Assembly: GCA_964433095.1 (NCBI GenBank)
Contig: CAYSPW010000002.1
Coordinates: forward strand, 9,498 to 73,497
Direction: 5' to 3'
From: an uncultured Gammaproteobacteria bacterium
Lineage (GTDB): Bacteria > Patescibacteriota > Patescibacteriia > Magasanikbacterales > UBA922
DNA length: 64,000 nt
Shown here: positions 20,503-29,534 of the stretch, in pieces
Numbering within the stretch: the first letter of the stretch is position 1
How the letters are laid out: the number at the start of each line of letters is the position of its first letter
Program-made: the position numbers and the translations under genes
The notes under the pieces: generated by a model
What the model saw: the letters and a program-made list of their open reading frames with translations, nothing else
Told to the model about the DNA's origin: nothing
The model's database searches: none

Positions 20503-23034
20503 TCATAACGTGCTTGCATGTCGCCAGCCAGCCTCCTCAAGACGATCTCCGAAGCTCTTCTTTGTCATCTCTGCCAAGGCCTCGATCGTTCTCCTGATTC
20601 GACGCTGCGCCGGCAGATGCCGGCCACGCTTGAGGTTCTTCCTCGAGAAGAGTTGACGCTGCTTCTTGACGAACTTCCGTACACGGTGGCCAACATAGTC
20701 GTCTTTCTCGATCTTACTGAGCAGGACGGGAACCTTTCCCGCATGTGGCTCTCGGAGGATTCTAAGAGCCAAGGTGAAGCCCTTCACATAGACAGGTGAA
20801 AGGTCTCTGTGCTTCCCTAGTATCCTGTAGATGGACCGTGTCCAAGGTTTGATGTACTCAGGATAGACGTTCCGCAGCAACTGATCAAGGTTCGATCCGT
20901 CTCTGAGTGGACCCTGTGTAAGAGCTTGAAGACTCTTTGTCAGCAGCCCGGGTAGCACTTCATCAGAGCACTTGGTGAGGTACCGGTCGAGCTCCTGTGC
21001 TTCCTCTATCTTCAGGTGTTTTCTGAAGAGCTCCTCCAGCTCAGGTCTACTCGGATACTGTTTCATGTGGTAGAGAACGAGGCGCTTCCGGTAGGCTGGC
21101 AGCTCGAGCTCCTCGAGGAGCTCATGCACTTTCCTCTCAACATCGAACCAAGCATCTTCGATCAGTTTGTCCGTTGTTCCATCGTCCCATTCTTGCAGGT
21201 GCTCGAAGTAGTGACGATGCAGCTCATTGCGGTAGTGGCGGATGCAGGTTGACATCGGCAGGAGAAGCTGTTTGGGCCGAGCCACTTCCTTTTCCTGGTG
21301 CTCGCCTTTGTCTGCTTCCCTCAGCAACTCTATCGTCTCTCGAACGAGGGCAAGAGATTGAGTATCCGTTGGATTCTCGATGAGAGTCCGGATGACTGTC
21401 TCCATCCGGCCATTTCTCAGGGCGGGAGGTAGATAGCCTTCTGTCTTTTCGATATCATCTTCAAGAGGTAGGTCATTCGGGTTGAGGACGGGGCTTTGCT
21501 CCTCAACCTCTTCTTCCTCAATGAGCTCAGGCTCGAATGAGACGAAGAGATCATCTTCAGAGTCTCTGTCCCACACCGGTTTCTCTTGTTGATTAATTTC
21601 CTTTACTTTATCACATTCTCTCAAAATTTCAAGTTCTTGACCTATCCTCTCATGTTCAAGCCACTCATGGTCCATGAGCAGTCTGTTTCTCTCACTACTC
21701 CAAGCCTTTTCAGCCAGTCTCACTTGATACGAGATGACCTTTGAGACAAGCTGCTCGAAACGCTCCTTTTCTTGGTGCTCTAAGAGTAAAGTGAGTGCTT
21801 GCTCAAGGAGATCGGCACTCAGTCGATCATTGTGCTTCAATCTGCGAAGCAGGTCATCACTTGGGAAGACCTCTGTCTGCTCCAAGCCCCAGTCCTCGAG
21901 GTAGGTCGGGATGTCAGAGAATCTGATTGTGCCACCATCGTAGGCAATCCGTATAAGATAGTAGAAGAAGTTGTCGCTCACATTGACGCGCATGCGTTCC
22001 AACCAGTTGTCACGAATTAGTTTTCCGCCCCCTATTTTATCACAACAGGGTGGACAATGTGGCAACAACACCTTCGCCAAGAGTGGATCCGCGATTGATT
22101 CGTACTTGTCAGATAAACTGGACTCCTCATCCCTAATGAGCATGCGTACCAACCTCATGCCAAAGCTCGGTGGATTCTTAGATAGGATCTGTCCAAGAAA
22201 CTCCTGAAAGTCCTTTCCTTGCTGAAGAAGCAGGTCAGTCAGCTCAAACTGGTCCGATTGACCGATGTATGCTTGGTAGGTTTCTTCGATCACGGGGTAG
22301 GACTTCTCATCATGCAGTAGCTCACACAAGCAAATGGTCTTGACGATCGGGTCCTGGATTTGCGAGATGGCCGGAACCAAGGACTCTCCGTTTTTGAGCG
22401 CGTGTGCCAGATAGGTCTTCCTGAGACGTTCAATGAACTCAGGGCGTTCTTTCAAGATACGCAGGAGGAGATCAAGCTCACCGCTGTACACTTCATTCCC
22501 TAGACGATCCCTGAGACTCTTGGGGAGCTGCTTGAAGTCGAAGGTGTAAGGATGTCTGACAAATAAATCCACCAGTTCGTCATCGCTCGGCTCGTGGGTC
22601 TTGAGGAGTTTTTGCAGGAGCTTGAACTCTTGTCGGTCTCCCTCCCAATCACTTGAATTGATGTTGTGAGTAAAGTACTGCCATGCGGCTGTCTTCGCTT
22701 TCGGGGTGTCGATGTAGAGATCTGAGAAGGACTCACTCACTCGTGCACATTCAGTAGCGCGACACAAGGAACGTATTGCACCAGAAAGTGATGAAGAGTT
22801 TATCGAGGAAGCGGCGTAACTCTTTAGGTCGAAGAGTATATAGACCTGCTCGTGCAGATAGGGATGGCAATAGGTCATTACTAGGTCTGAGGGATGGGTA
22901 CTGGTGCCGTGTCGACGCTGATAAACACATTCCCAGTTCTCGTCCGTAGGACCCACTTGGATCCAGAGGAAGGCATCAAAGATATCCGACGCAACTTTGT
23001 TTGCCATTTCAGCAATGTTTGCAGTCTCAGGCAT
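20503..23034 (-). CDS. large hypothetical protein (843 aa), N-terminal PD-(D/E)xK-like motif (HPSD...EQVYILFDLK), remainder alpha-helical
   Basis: motif read from translation; no other family recognised by eye. Confidence 0.5.
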   Translation of the reverse strand: MPETANIAEMANKVASDIFDAFLWIQVGPTDENWECVYQRRHGTSTHPSDLVMTYCHPYLHEQVYILFDLKSYAASSINSSSLSGAIRSLCRATECARVSESFSDLYIDTPKAKTAAWQYFTHNINSSDWEGDRQEFKLLQKLLKTHEPSDDELVDLFVRHPYTFDFKQLPKSLRDRLGNEVYSGELDLLLRILKERPEFIERLRKTYLAHALKNGESLVPAISQIQDPIVKTICLCELLHDEKSYPVIEETYQAYIGQSDQFELTDLLLQQGKDFQEFLGQILSKNPPSFGMRLVRMLIRDEESSLSDKYESIADPLLAKVLLPHCPPCCDKIGGGKLIRDNWLERMRVNVSDNFFYYLIRIAYDGGTIRFSDIPTYLEDWGLEQTEVFPSDDLLRRLKHNDRLSADLLEQALTLLLEHQEKERFEQLVSKVISYQVRLAEKAWSSERNRLLMDHEWLEHERIGQELEILRECDKVKEINQQEKPVWDRDSEDDLFVSFEPELIEEEEVEEQSPVLNPNDLPLEDDIEKTEGYLPPALRNGRMETVIRTLIENPTDTQSLALVRETIELLREADKGEHQEKEVARPKQLLLPMSTCIRHYRNELHRHYFEHLQEWDDGTTDKLIEDAWFDVERKVHELLEELELPAYRKRLVLYHMKQYPSRPELEELFRKHLKIEEAQELDRYLTKCSDEVLPGLLTKSLQALTQGPLRDGSNLDQLLRNVYPEYIKPWTRSIYRILGKHRDLSPVYVKGFTLALRILREPHAGKVPVLLSKIEKDDYVGHRVRKFVKKQRQLFSRKNLKRGRHLPAQRRIRRTIEALAEMTKKSFGDRLEEAGWRHASTL

Positions 23035-23083
23035 TCGAGCCTCCTCTTGAGAGATTCTAGCAAATGCTGCCAGCCAATAAATG

Positions 23084-23902
23084 CTATTTTCGTGGCATCT
23101 TCAGTTTCTTGAGCTTTGCCCTTTTCTTCTTCTTACCCCATATGTTCTTAGTTTTTCTTTGTTGAGTCGAAAATTCATATACTATCTCCTCATAGGTCAG
23201 GCCTGGATGTATTACAGGAATTGCCGATCGCGCAAACTTCTGTTTCAAAGAGAGCTCACCAGATTTGGGTAAGATGACGCACGCGAGATCATACATTCTA
23301 AACTTCAAATCACCACGAACGCGCCATTCTCGCTCCCAAGTGAAATCGTATCTCTCATGCATGGCGTTGATAAAAGGAAGAAGTCTCCATATTTTACCCT
23401 TATGGAAGCCACCTTTTTTTGCAACGTTGAACAGACTATCGACAGCTTCACGCAACCACGTATTATCATTGTAGCTGTTGATGTAAATGGCCGGCTGAGC
23501 GCCCTTTGAAATAATGAACTCGCGACTGAACACGAACCCATACTCCTCGAACTGGTTATTTCGACCTGGAATACGTTGAGTGAGTAGATGAATTTGTGTG
23601 AGTGGAATCTCCGAAAAGCAACAAACACTGAACCTCTCTTGATACCTATCTGGTATGTCCTTCGCAAACAAGCAGTGAGGTAGATAGGCTGAGATTTGGC
23701 GTTCCTCAAGAATTGCGCGAAAGTTCTCTTTTGCTGACCCACCCGACTCACCAAACGTATTTGTATCGTTCCGTGTTAGGTGAACCACGAATTTCGAGAT
23801 GTCTTCGCGTCCGCTGACAGCAAATCCTCTTGAACCCATGACAAGACCAGAAGTAGATTTTGTGATAGCGCAGCAGTTAAGAGTACTTGAACATACGGCC
23901 AA
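23084..23902 (-). CDS. hypothetical protein, DarT/AbiGi-like abortive-infection family candidate (H ... Y-G-F-V-F ... E-R-E-W-R order)
   Basis: FVVHLTR, VCCFSEIPL, YGFVFSREF, WEREWRVRG segments; resemblance judged from memory only. Confidence 0.4.
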   Translation of the reverse strand: MAVCSSTLNCCAITKSTSGLVMGSRGFAVSGREDISKFVVHLTRNDTNTFGESGGSAKENFRAILEERQISAYLPHCLFAKDIPDRYQERFSVCCFSEIPLTQIHLLTQRIPGRNNQFEEYGFVFSREFIISKGAQPAIYINSYNDNTWLREAVDSLFNVAKKGGFHKGKIWRLLPFINAMHERYDFTWEREWRVRGDLKFRMYDLACVILPKSGELSLKQKFARSAIPVIHPGLTYEEIVYEFSTQQRKTKNIWGKKKKRAKLKKLKMPRK

Positions 23903-23971
23903 GAGTCAACAGTACCACTGATTGCATGAAGTTCCCCTCCACAAGATTCCTACTTCTGCTACGATGATGGA

Positions 23972-24172
23972 ATGAAAAACACAGTACCTGACAATCTACC
24001 TGTCATCCACGATGACCAAAAGGCTCTTCCCCAGGTCCCTCCAGAATTCTCAGAGAAACAAAGCAAGGCGCTCATCACCTTCCTCCTCACATTGAGAAAG
24101 ATTGCGGAAGATCTTATGGCTGAGGGATACACCTACGAAAACGGAGAGGTCATACCACCGAAACAGGATTGA
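23972..24172 (+). CDS. small hypothetical protein upstream of recombinase (possible directionality factor, unproven)
   Basis: 66-aa ORF co-oriented 38 bp upstream of serine recombinase. Confidence 0.3.
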   Translation: MKNTVPDNLPVIHDDQKALPQVPPEFSEKQSKALITFLLTLRKIAEDLMAEGYTYENGEVIPPKQD

Positions 24173-24210
24173 TGTGGTGGAGTAGTATCCACTGGATAAC
24201 CTAACATCAT

Positions 24211-25857
24211 ATGAAAACAAATAATTATCTCATCTACACTCGCAAGAGTGATGATGATGCCAACAACCAAAAAAACTCGATTGACTACCAAACAGCCGCG
24301 TGTCTACAGTTCGCAGAGCAGAACACCATTCCGGTTGCCTCGCTTGATAGAGAAGGCTTCATCGAGAACGGAGTCATCAAGGAGAGGCACACTGCTTTCA
24401 AGACCTCAGACATCAAGATAATGCCGGATGGTTCTGTTCGGTATGGCATCGAGCGGCCTAAGTTCCAGAAGCTCGTGCAGGTCTTGGCCAAGAGACAGTT
24501 CGCAGGAGTTGTCTGTCTCTGCTGGGATCGCATCAGTCGGAACGACCAGGATGCTATTCTCGTGAAGAAGTTGATCAAGGATGGCATCGACTTCCGGTTC
24601 GTCTGGGTCGACTATGCCAAGTCGAGTGCCGGAGCACTGCATATGGACATCGATGGGATGTTCGCCGTCCATCACTCGAGAGTGACCAGTGAGCGAGTCC
24701 GAGCGACCTATTCAAAACTTCGGAGTGAGGGTAAATGCACCTATCGAACCCCAATCGGTTACCTGGATCAGGGTCCGGACAACAAACCACTTGATCCGGA
24801 AAGAGCTCCCATCAAGCGCATCTTTAAGAAGTATGCGACAGGAGGTTGGAGCTACAACGAGCTCGCCAAATGGGCGATCCAACAAGGTCTCACTCACAAA
24901 CCCAGACGGCCGGATAGAACTCGAGAGGAGATCAAGGCAGGAGAGGAGAACAGAAAGCCAAAGGTACGCCATCCCATCAGTCATAAGACAATCGAAAATG
25001 TGCTCAAGAATCCCTTCTACGCTGGTAAACTAAGGCACAACGGGGATGTGTTTGATGGTATTCACGTGCCTCTTATCTCCCTCAGACTCTTCAACAAGGT
25101 ACAAGCGATGATCTCCTCAAGGCAGATTTCAGTCCACTACGTGGAAAAGGACTTCTTTGTCTACAGAGGTTTCCTTCGTTGTGTCTGCGGTCGAACGTAT
25201 TGTCCGTACAGAAAAAAGGGACACACATACTATCGCACGAAGTGCAAGGAGGGCTGCTCGAACGAAGACCCGAATCTAAGCGAGAAGTCAGTTCATGAGA
25301 AGGTAGAAGAACTACTCGGCGAGATTCACTTATCCGACGAGCAGATCCGCAAACTCGAAGAACAAGCCATGAATGGAGTGGACAGTCTTGCAGCACAGCG
25401 CGACCATACACTAGATGAGCTCCACAACCAACAGAGACGTATCTACAAGGACATCGACTACTTGAAGAAGTTCAAGATCTCTCTGCTACGAGAGCAGGCC
25501 TACTCTCCGGAGGACTTCCAGGCCGAGATGAGAAGACTGGAGACGGAGTTGGAAAACGTTCATGCTGAGATGGATACGTGCAAAGAAAAAGAGAGCGAAA
25601 TGCTCTCCTACATCTTGACGTTTACCGAACTCGTAAATTCCGCTAAACAATGGTACAAACACGCTCCAGACAAGAAAAAACACGAAGTTCTTTCCCAGGT
25701 GTTTACCGAACTGGTCTTCAAGGACAAAGAATTGGCTGGGTTTACAGTAAAAGAGGGCTATGAGACCCTCTTCAAAGTGCTTGATAGGAAGCGTGGTGCA
25801 CCCGGCAGGAATCGAACCTGCATTACGAAATCCGCAATCTCGCGTCCTATCCATTGA
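24211..25857 (+). CDS. large serine recombinase (resolvase N-domain + recombinase domain + zinc ribbon + coiled coil); last ~20 codons read through tRNA-Arg
   Basis: catalytic motif LIYTRKSDDD...Q, DRISRN motif, Cys cluster CVCGRTYCPY...CKEGC, C-terminal coiled-coil. Confidence 0.85.
   Translation: MKTNNYLIYTRKSDDDANNQKNSIDYQTAACLQFAEQNTIPVASLDREGFIENGVIKERHTAFKTSDIKIMPDGSVRYGIERPKFQKLVQVLAKRQFAGVVCLCWDRISRNDQDAILVKKLIKDGIDFRFVWVDYAKSSAGALHMDIDGMFAVHHSRVTSERVRATYSKLRSEGKCTYRTPIGYLDQGPDNKPLDPERAPIKRIFKKYATGGWSYNELAKWAIQQGLTHKPRRPDRTREEIKAGEENRKPKVRHPISHKTIENVLKNPFYAGKLRHNGDVFDGIHVPLISLRLFNKVQAMISSRQISVHYVEKDFFVYRGFLRCVCGRTYCPYRKKGHTYYRTKCKEGCSNEDPNLSEKSVHEKVEELLGEIHLSDEQIRKLEEQAMNGVDSLAAQRDHTLDELHNQQRRIYKDIDYLKKFKISLLREQAYSPEDFQAEMRRLETELENVHAEMDTCKEKESEMLSYILTFTELVNSAKQWYKHAPDKKKHEVLSQVFTELVFKDKELAGFTVKEGYETLFKVLDRKRGAPGRNRTCITKSAISRPIH
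25791..25803 (+). repeat. 13-bp direct repeat GCGTGGTGCACCC (putative attR core) overlapping tRNA-Arg 3' end
   Basis: exact copy of 12953..12965. Confidence 0.6.
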
Positions 25858-25868
25858 ACGACGGGTGC
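25795..25868 (-). tRNA. tRNA-Arg (anticodon GCG as read; CCA encoded)
   Basis: hand-folded cloverleaf: acceptor GCACCCG/CGGGTGC, D-arm GTTC..GGAC, anticodon stem CGAGA/TTTCG loop TTGCGGA, T-arm GCAGG-TTCGATT-CCTGC. Confidence 0.75.
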
Positions 25869-25955
25869 GTTAAACGTGTGTTATTATAGCGGAAAAAAAA
25901 CAATCCGTCAATATTTGAACGAAGTGTTTTTTTGCAATGGTTCTTTTTTGATCTT

Positions 25956-26459
25956 TCAATGCAGTTTCCACGCTCTCGCAAATTTATCACTGTAAGGTTC
26001 CTCTTCCTTTTCCAAGTCTTCAAGTAAAAATTCTTTCAAAGTGTCCCTGATCCGCAACGGATTATGCTCATTGAGCGGAATTCTCAGCAACGGCTTCACC
26101 GTGCTTTTGGTTTCCACGAACAAACTTTTTACTTCGGGCGGATCATAAATAATGTAAAAACTTTCCAGCTCGCCGTAATCGTAAAAGCGGTTTCCGATCA
26201 CTAAACCCAGCTCGGTTATTTTAAACGGTACTTGCGTCGGCTTTTGGTGTGACTGCAGGAATAAGATGATGGCAAACAATATTATGATCAAAGCAAACAA
26301 AAAATTGCCGGAAAAAATTCCGTAAATTACCAGCGCCGAACCTATGATAATCATTAACAAGTACCACTTGGTTCCGCGTTCATATTGCTCGTATTCCTTG
26401 ATTTCCCATTCATGTAAGTCTTTACCGAGCAATACGCCCCTTGTTACTTGTTTTGGCAT
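25956..26459 (-). CDS. hypothetical membrane protein (two TM helices)
   Basis: hydrophobic segments LLMIIIGSALVIYGIF and FLFALIIILFAIILFL. Confidence 0.5.
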   Translation of the reverse strand: MPKQVTRGVLLGKDLHEWEIKEYEQYERGTKWYLLMIIIGSALVIYGIFSGNFLFALIIILFAIILFLQSHQKPTQVPFKITELGLVIGNRFYDYGELESFYIIYDPPEVKSLFVETKSTVKPLLRIPLNEHNPLRIRDTLKEFLLEDLEKEEEPYSDKFARAWKLH

Positions 26460-26477
26460 AAATACGCTTTAAAAAAG

Positions 26478-26554
26478 TGGTGGACTTGAGAGGATTTGAA
26501 CCTCTGGCCTTACGGATGTGAACCGTACGCTCTAACCAACTGAGCTACAAGTCC
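26478..26554 (-). tRNA. tRNA-Val (anticodon CAC; CCA encoded)
   Basis: hand-folded: acceptor GGACTTG/CAAGTCC, D-arm GCTC-AGTTGGTTA-GAGC, anticodon stem TACGG/CCGTA loop TTCACAT, T-arm AGAGG-TTCAAAT-CCTCT. Confidence 0.85.
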
Positions 26555-26645
26555 GCGGCTGTTTTCTGCCATTATTAATCTTTATCCGCGAATTGTCAAT
26601 CAAATTATACCATAACTCGGATAAAAAACAAATAAAGTCCGGATA

Positions 26646-28115
26646 TTGCCAAAACAACTATTTTTACATATAATACGAGCCATGGAAAATGAGAATCCAA
26701 ATTTCCTGGAACAGGAAAAAAATGAACCGCAAGAGCAAAACAGTATCAAAAAATGGCGCCGAATTTTTTTAATTTCCGTGATAACTTTTTCCATTGTATT
26801 GGCCGTAGGCGTATCACGACTGATGGCTACCGAATACGCCCCCAATAATCCTGATGCTTATGACGCGGTTACCTTGGAACCGAAAGAACCGCGAGGATTG
26901 CTCAGTAAAATCAAGCAGTTAATATTTCACAAGGAAGACATGCTGGAAGGGGAACACGATGACCGAGTGAATGTCTTGATTTTGGGAATGGGCGGCCCCG
27001 GACATGACGGTCCTTTTCTCACCGACACAATCATCATTGCCAGCATCAAACCGTCCACCAATCAAGTGGCCATGATTTCAATCCCCCGCGATTTGGGTGT
27101 GGATATTCCCGGTTACGGCTGGCATAAGATAAATCATGCCAACGCCTACGGAGAAGCCAAGCAAAAAGATTGGGGCGGCGCTTTTGCCAGCCAAGTGATA
27201 GAAAATACTTTTGATATTAATATTCATTATTACGTACGCGTTGACTTCAAGGCATTTGAAGAAGTGGTGGACGAAGTGGGCGGGGTTAACGTCAACGTGG
27301 CGCGATCCTTTATTGACTACATGTATCCGGCGACCAATGACCAATACCGAACCGTGGCCTTTGATCAAGGAATACAAAAAATGGATGGTCAGACCGCCTT
27401 GATATACGCGCGCAGCCGCCATGGGTCAAACGGCGAAGGATCCGATTTTGCCAGGGCCCGACGCCAGCAAAAAGTAATACTGGCATTAAAGGAAAAAATA
27501 TTGTCGTTCGGCACTTTGCTCAATCCGATGAAAATCAACAATATTATGAAATCACTGGAAAACCACATCACAACTAACATGGAATTCGCCGATATAATCA
27601 CTTTCGCCAAAAAAGCCAAGCGATTAGACACCAGCAATATCATTACGGTAGTGCTGGATAATAGCGCCGACGGCTATCTGGCAAACGCGTACAGCCCGAA
27701 CGGCGCTTTCATGCTTCAACCCAAAAGCGGAAATTTTGAGCAAATAAATCAAATGATGAAAAATATTTTTCAAAGCGACATCCAAATAGCCGACGACACG
27801 CCGGAACAAGACAGTCCGGATTACAAATACGCGGATATTGAAATACAAAACGGAACCTGGTACGCGGGTATGGCCGCGCGCATGAGAAAACGCCTGCAGG
27901 ACAAGGGATTTTATGTTGCCTCCATCGGCAACACACAAAAACGGCCGCAATCTGATAGCATCATCTATGTGATGCCTGACAAAAACTTTGATGATATCGT
28001 CAACGCGCTGGAACAGGAGTTGCTTATTAAAAAAGACGACCATTTGCCCGCCGGAATACAAACCGCTTCTTCCACTGACATTTTAATCGTGCTGGGAGAA
28101 GATATGCAAGAATAA
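26646..28115 (+). CDS. LytR-CpsA-Psr (LCP) family cell-envelope protein
   Basis: N-terminal TM, LCP core (VLILGMGGPGHDGPFLTDTIIIASI...ISIPRDL), C-terminal LytR_C-like region. Confidence 0.8.
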   Translation: MPKQLFLHIIRAMENENPNFLEQEKNEPQEQNSIKKWRRIFLISVITFSIVLAVGVSRLMATEYAPNNPDAYDAVTLEPKEPRGLLSKIKQLIFHKEDMLEGEHDDRVNVLILGMGGPGHDGPFLTDTIIIASIKPSTNQVAMISIPRDLGVDIPGYGWHKINHANAYGEAKQKDWGGAFASQVIENTFDINIHYYVRVDFKAFEEVVDEVGGVNVNVARSFIDYMYPATNDQYRTVAFDQGIQKMDGQTALIYARSRHGSNGEGSDFARARRQQKVILALKEKILSFGTLLNPMKINNIMKSLENHITTNMEFADIITFAKKAKRLDTSNIITVVLDNSADGYLANAYSPNGAFMLQPKSGNFEQINQMMKNIFQSDIQIADDTPEQDSPDYKYADIEIQNGTWYAGMAARMRKRLQDKGFYVASIGNTQKRPQSDSIIYVMPDKNFDDIVNALEQELLIKKDDHLPAGIQTASSTDILIVLGEDMQE

Positions 28116-28119
28116 AAAT

Positions 28120-29520
28120 ATGCCGACGCATTCAGCCAAAATTAATATTGACAATCTACCGGTCGTGGCTTTGGTGGGCCGCGTTAATGTGGGTAAATCC
28201 ACTCTTTTTAACAAACTGATTGAGCAAAACAAGGCATTGACTTCCGACATGCCAGGTACTACCAGAACCAGCAACGTCGGTTTAGTGATATGGCGCGGCC
28301 GCTATTTCAAGCTGATTGATACCGGCGGACTTACTTTTACCGATGATGTTCTTTTGGAAAAAAATATTCTCGCCCAAACCGAAAAGGCCATGAAAGAGGC
28401 GGATCTGATTCTATTCGTCACCGATGGAAAGCAGGGCGTGCTGCCGCAGGAAAAACAATTGGCAAAGCGCATGAGAAGAATTATTGTGAAGCCGGTCGTT
28501 CTGGTGGCCAATAAAATTGATCGCCGGCAAGATGAAGACAATTTATCCGAGCCTGAATGGTTTCGTTTGGGACTGGGAGAACCGTTTCCAATCTCGGCCG
28601 CCAACGGCAGAAATATCGGTGATCTGCTTGATATTATCCATACCCGACTCAATCGCGGCAAAATCAGGCCGAAGTCCAAGATTGATTCTGATACTGATAT
28701 GATAAATGTCAGCATTATCGGTAAACCCAACGCGGGCAAATCCTCACTTTTCAATAAATTGATCGGACAAGAACGAGTAATAGTTTCGGAAATGCCACAT
28801 ACCACCAGAGAACCTTATGACACGGTTGTGATTTACCGGCAGCAATCAGAGGGTAAAAAAAAGGGGCAGAAAATAAATTTTATAGACACGGCCGGAATCA
28901 GACGCAAGGCCAAAGTCAAAGGTAAGCTGGAGAGAGCCGGCATTCAGAAAAGCATCCGAGCGGTGGAACAATCAGACATCGTACTGTTCGTATTGGACGG
29001 CAGTGAAACCATTTCTCAACAAGACAAACAACTGGGCGGCCTGATTGAAAAAAGAGGTAAAAGCGTGATAATAGTGATAAATAAATGGGATCTGTCCGAA
29101 CAGAATTCCGACAGTCACAGAAATCGGGTAAAAATGATGGTCAGGGCTCAATTTCCGCATTTGAAATTCGCTCCGGTGGAATTCATCAGCGCTCTGACCG
29201 GCTACGGAGTTAATAAAATATTTCCTCATATTACGCGCGTCTGGCAGGCACGCCATACCGAGATCCCGGCGCCGGTACTGGAAAAATTCATGCAAGATAT
29301 TACCGAGAAAAAACTGCCGTCCCGCGGCAAAGGCACCAGACACCCCAAAATCATGGGCATAAAACAAATTGGCTCCGCGCCGCCGGTATTCACCATCAAA
29401 ATAAAATATCGCACGTCGCTGCATTCTTCTTACGTCAACTATATAGAAAACAAACTAAGGGAAAGATTTGACTTTACCGGCACTCCGGTGATAATACGAT
29501 TAAGCAAGATGAAAAAATAA
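28120..29520 (+). CDS. der: ribosome-associated GTPase Der/EngA
   Basis: two tandem GTPase domains (GRVNVGKSTLFN; GKPNAGKSSLFN) plus KH-like C-terminus. Confidence 0.9.
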   Translation: MPTHSAKINIDNLPVVALVGRVNVGKSTLFNKLIEQNKALTSDMPGTTRTSNVGLVIWRGRYFKLIDTGGLTFTDDVLLEKNILAQTEKAMKEADLILFVTDGKQGVLPQEKQLAKRMRRIIVKPVVLVANKIDRRQDEDNLSEPEWFRLGLGEPFPISAANGRNIGDLLDIIHTRLNRGKIRPKSKIDSDTDMINVSIIGKPNAGKSSLFNKLIGQERVIVSEMPHTTREPYDTVVIYRQQSEGKKKGQKINFIDTAGIRRKAKVKGKLERAGIQKSIRAVEQSDIVLFVLDGSETISQQDKQLGGLIEKRGKSVIIVINKWDLSEQNSDSHRNRVKMMVRAQFPHLKFAPVEFISALTGYGVNKIFPHITRVWQARHTEIPAPVLEKFMQDITEKKLPSRGKGTRHPKIMGIKQIGSAPPVFTIKIKYRTSLHSSYVNYIENKLRERFDFTGTPVIIRLSKMKK

Positions 29521-29534
29521 CTCAATTTAAATAT

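Larger units (their letters stand above)
12953..25803. mobile_element. ~12.85-kb GC-rich integrative island inserted at the 3' end of tRNA-Arg, with large serine recombinase and defence-like/secreted cargo
   Basis: abrupt GC and codon-usage shift versus AT-rich flanks; direct repeats at both ends; right end overlaps tRNA-Arg 3' terminus; serine recombinase adjacent to tRNA. Confidence 0.65.

Noticed and set aside
12953-25803. Interpreting the GC-rich block as a contaminant contig mis-joined by the assembler
   Set aside because: Not fully excluded. It is disfavoured because the junctions coincide precisely with a tRNA 3' end, a 13-bp direct repeat and an adjacent recombinase. That is the expected biological signature of integration. 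A 13-bp overlap is shorter than typical assembly k-mers.
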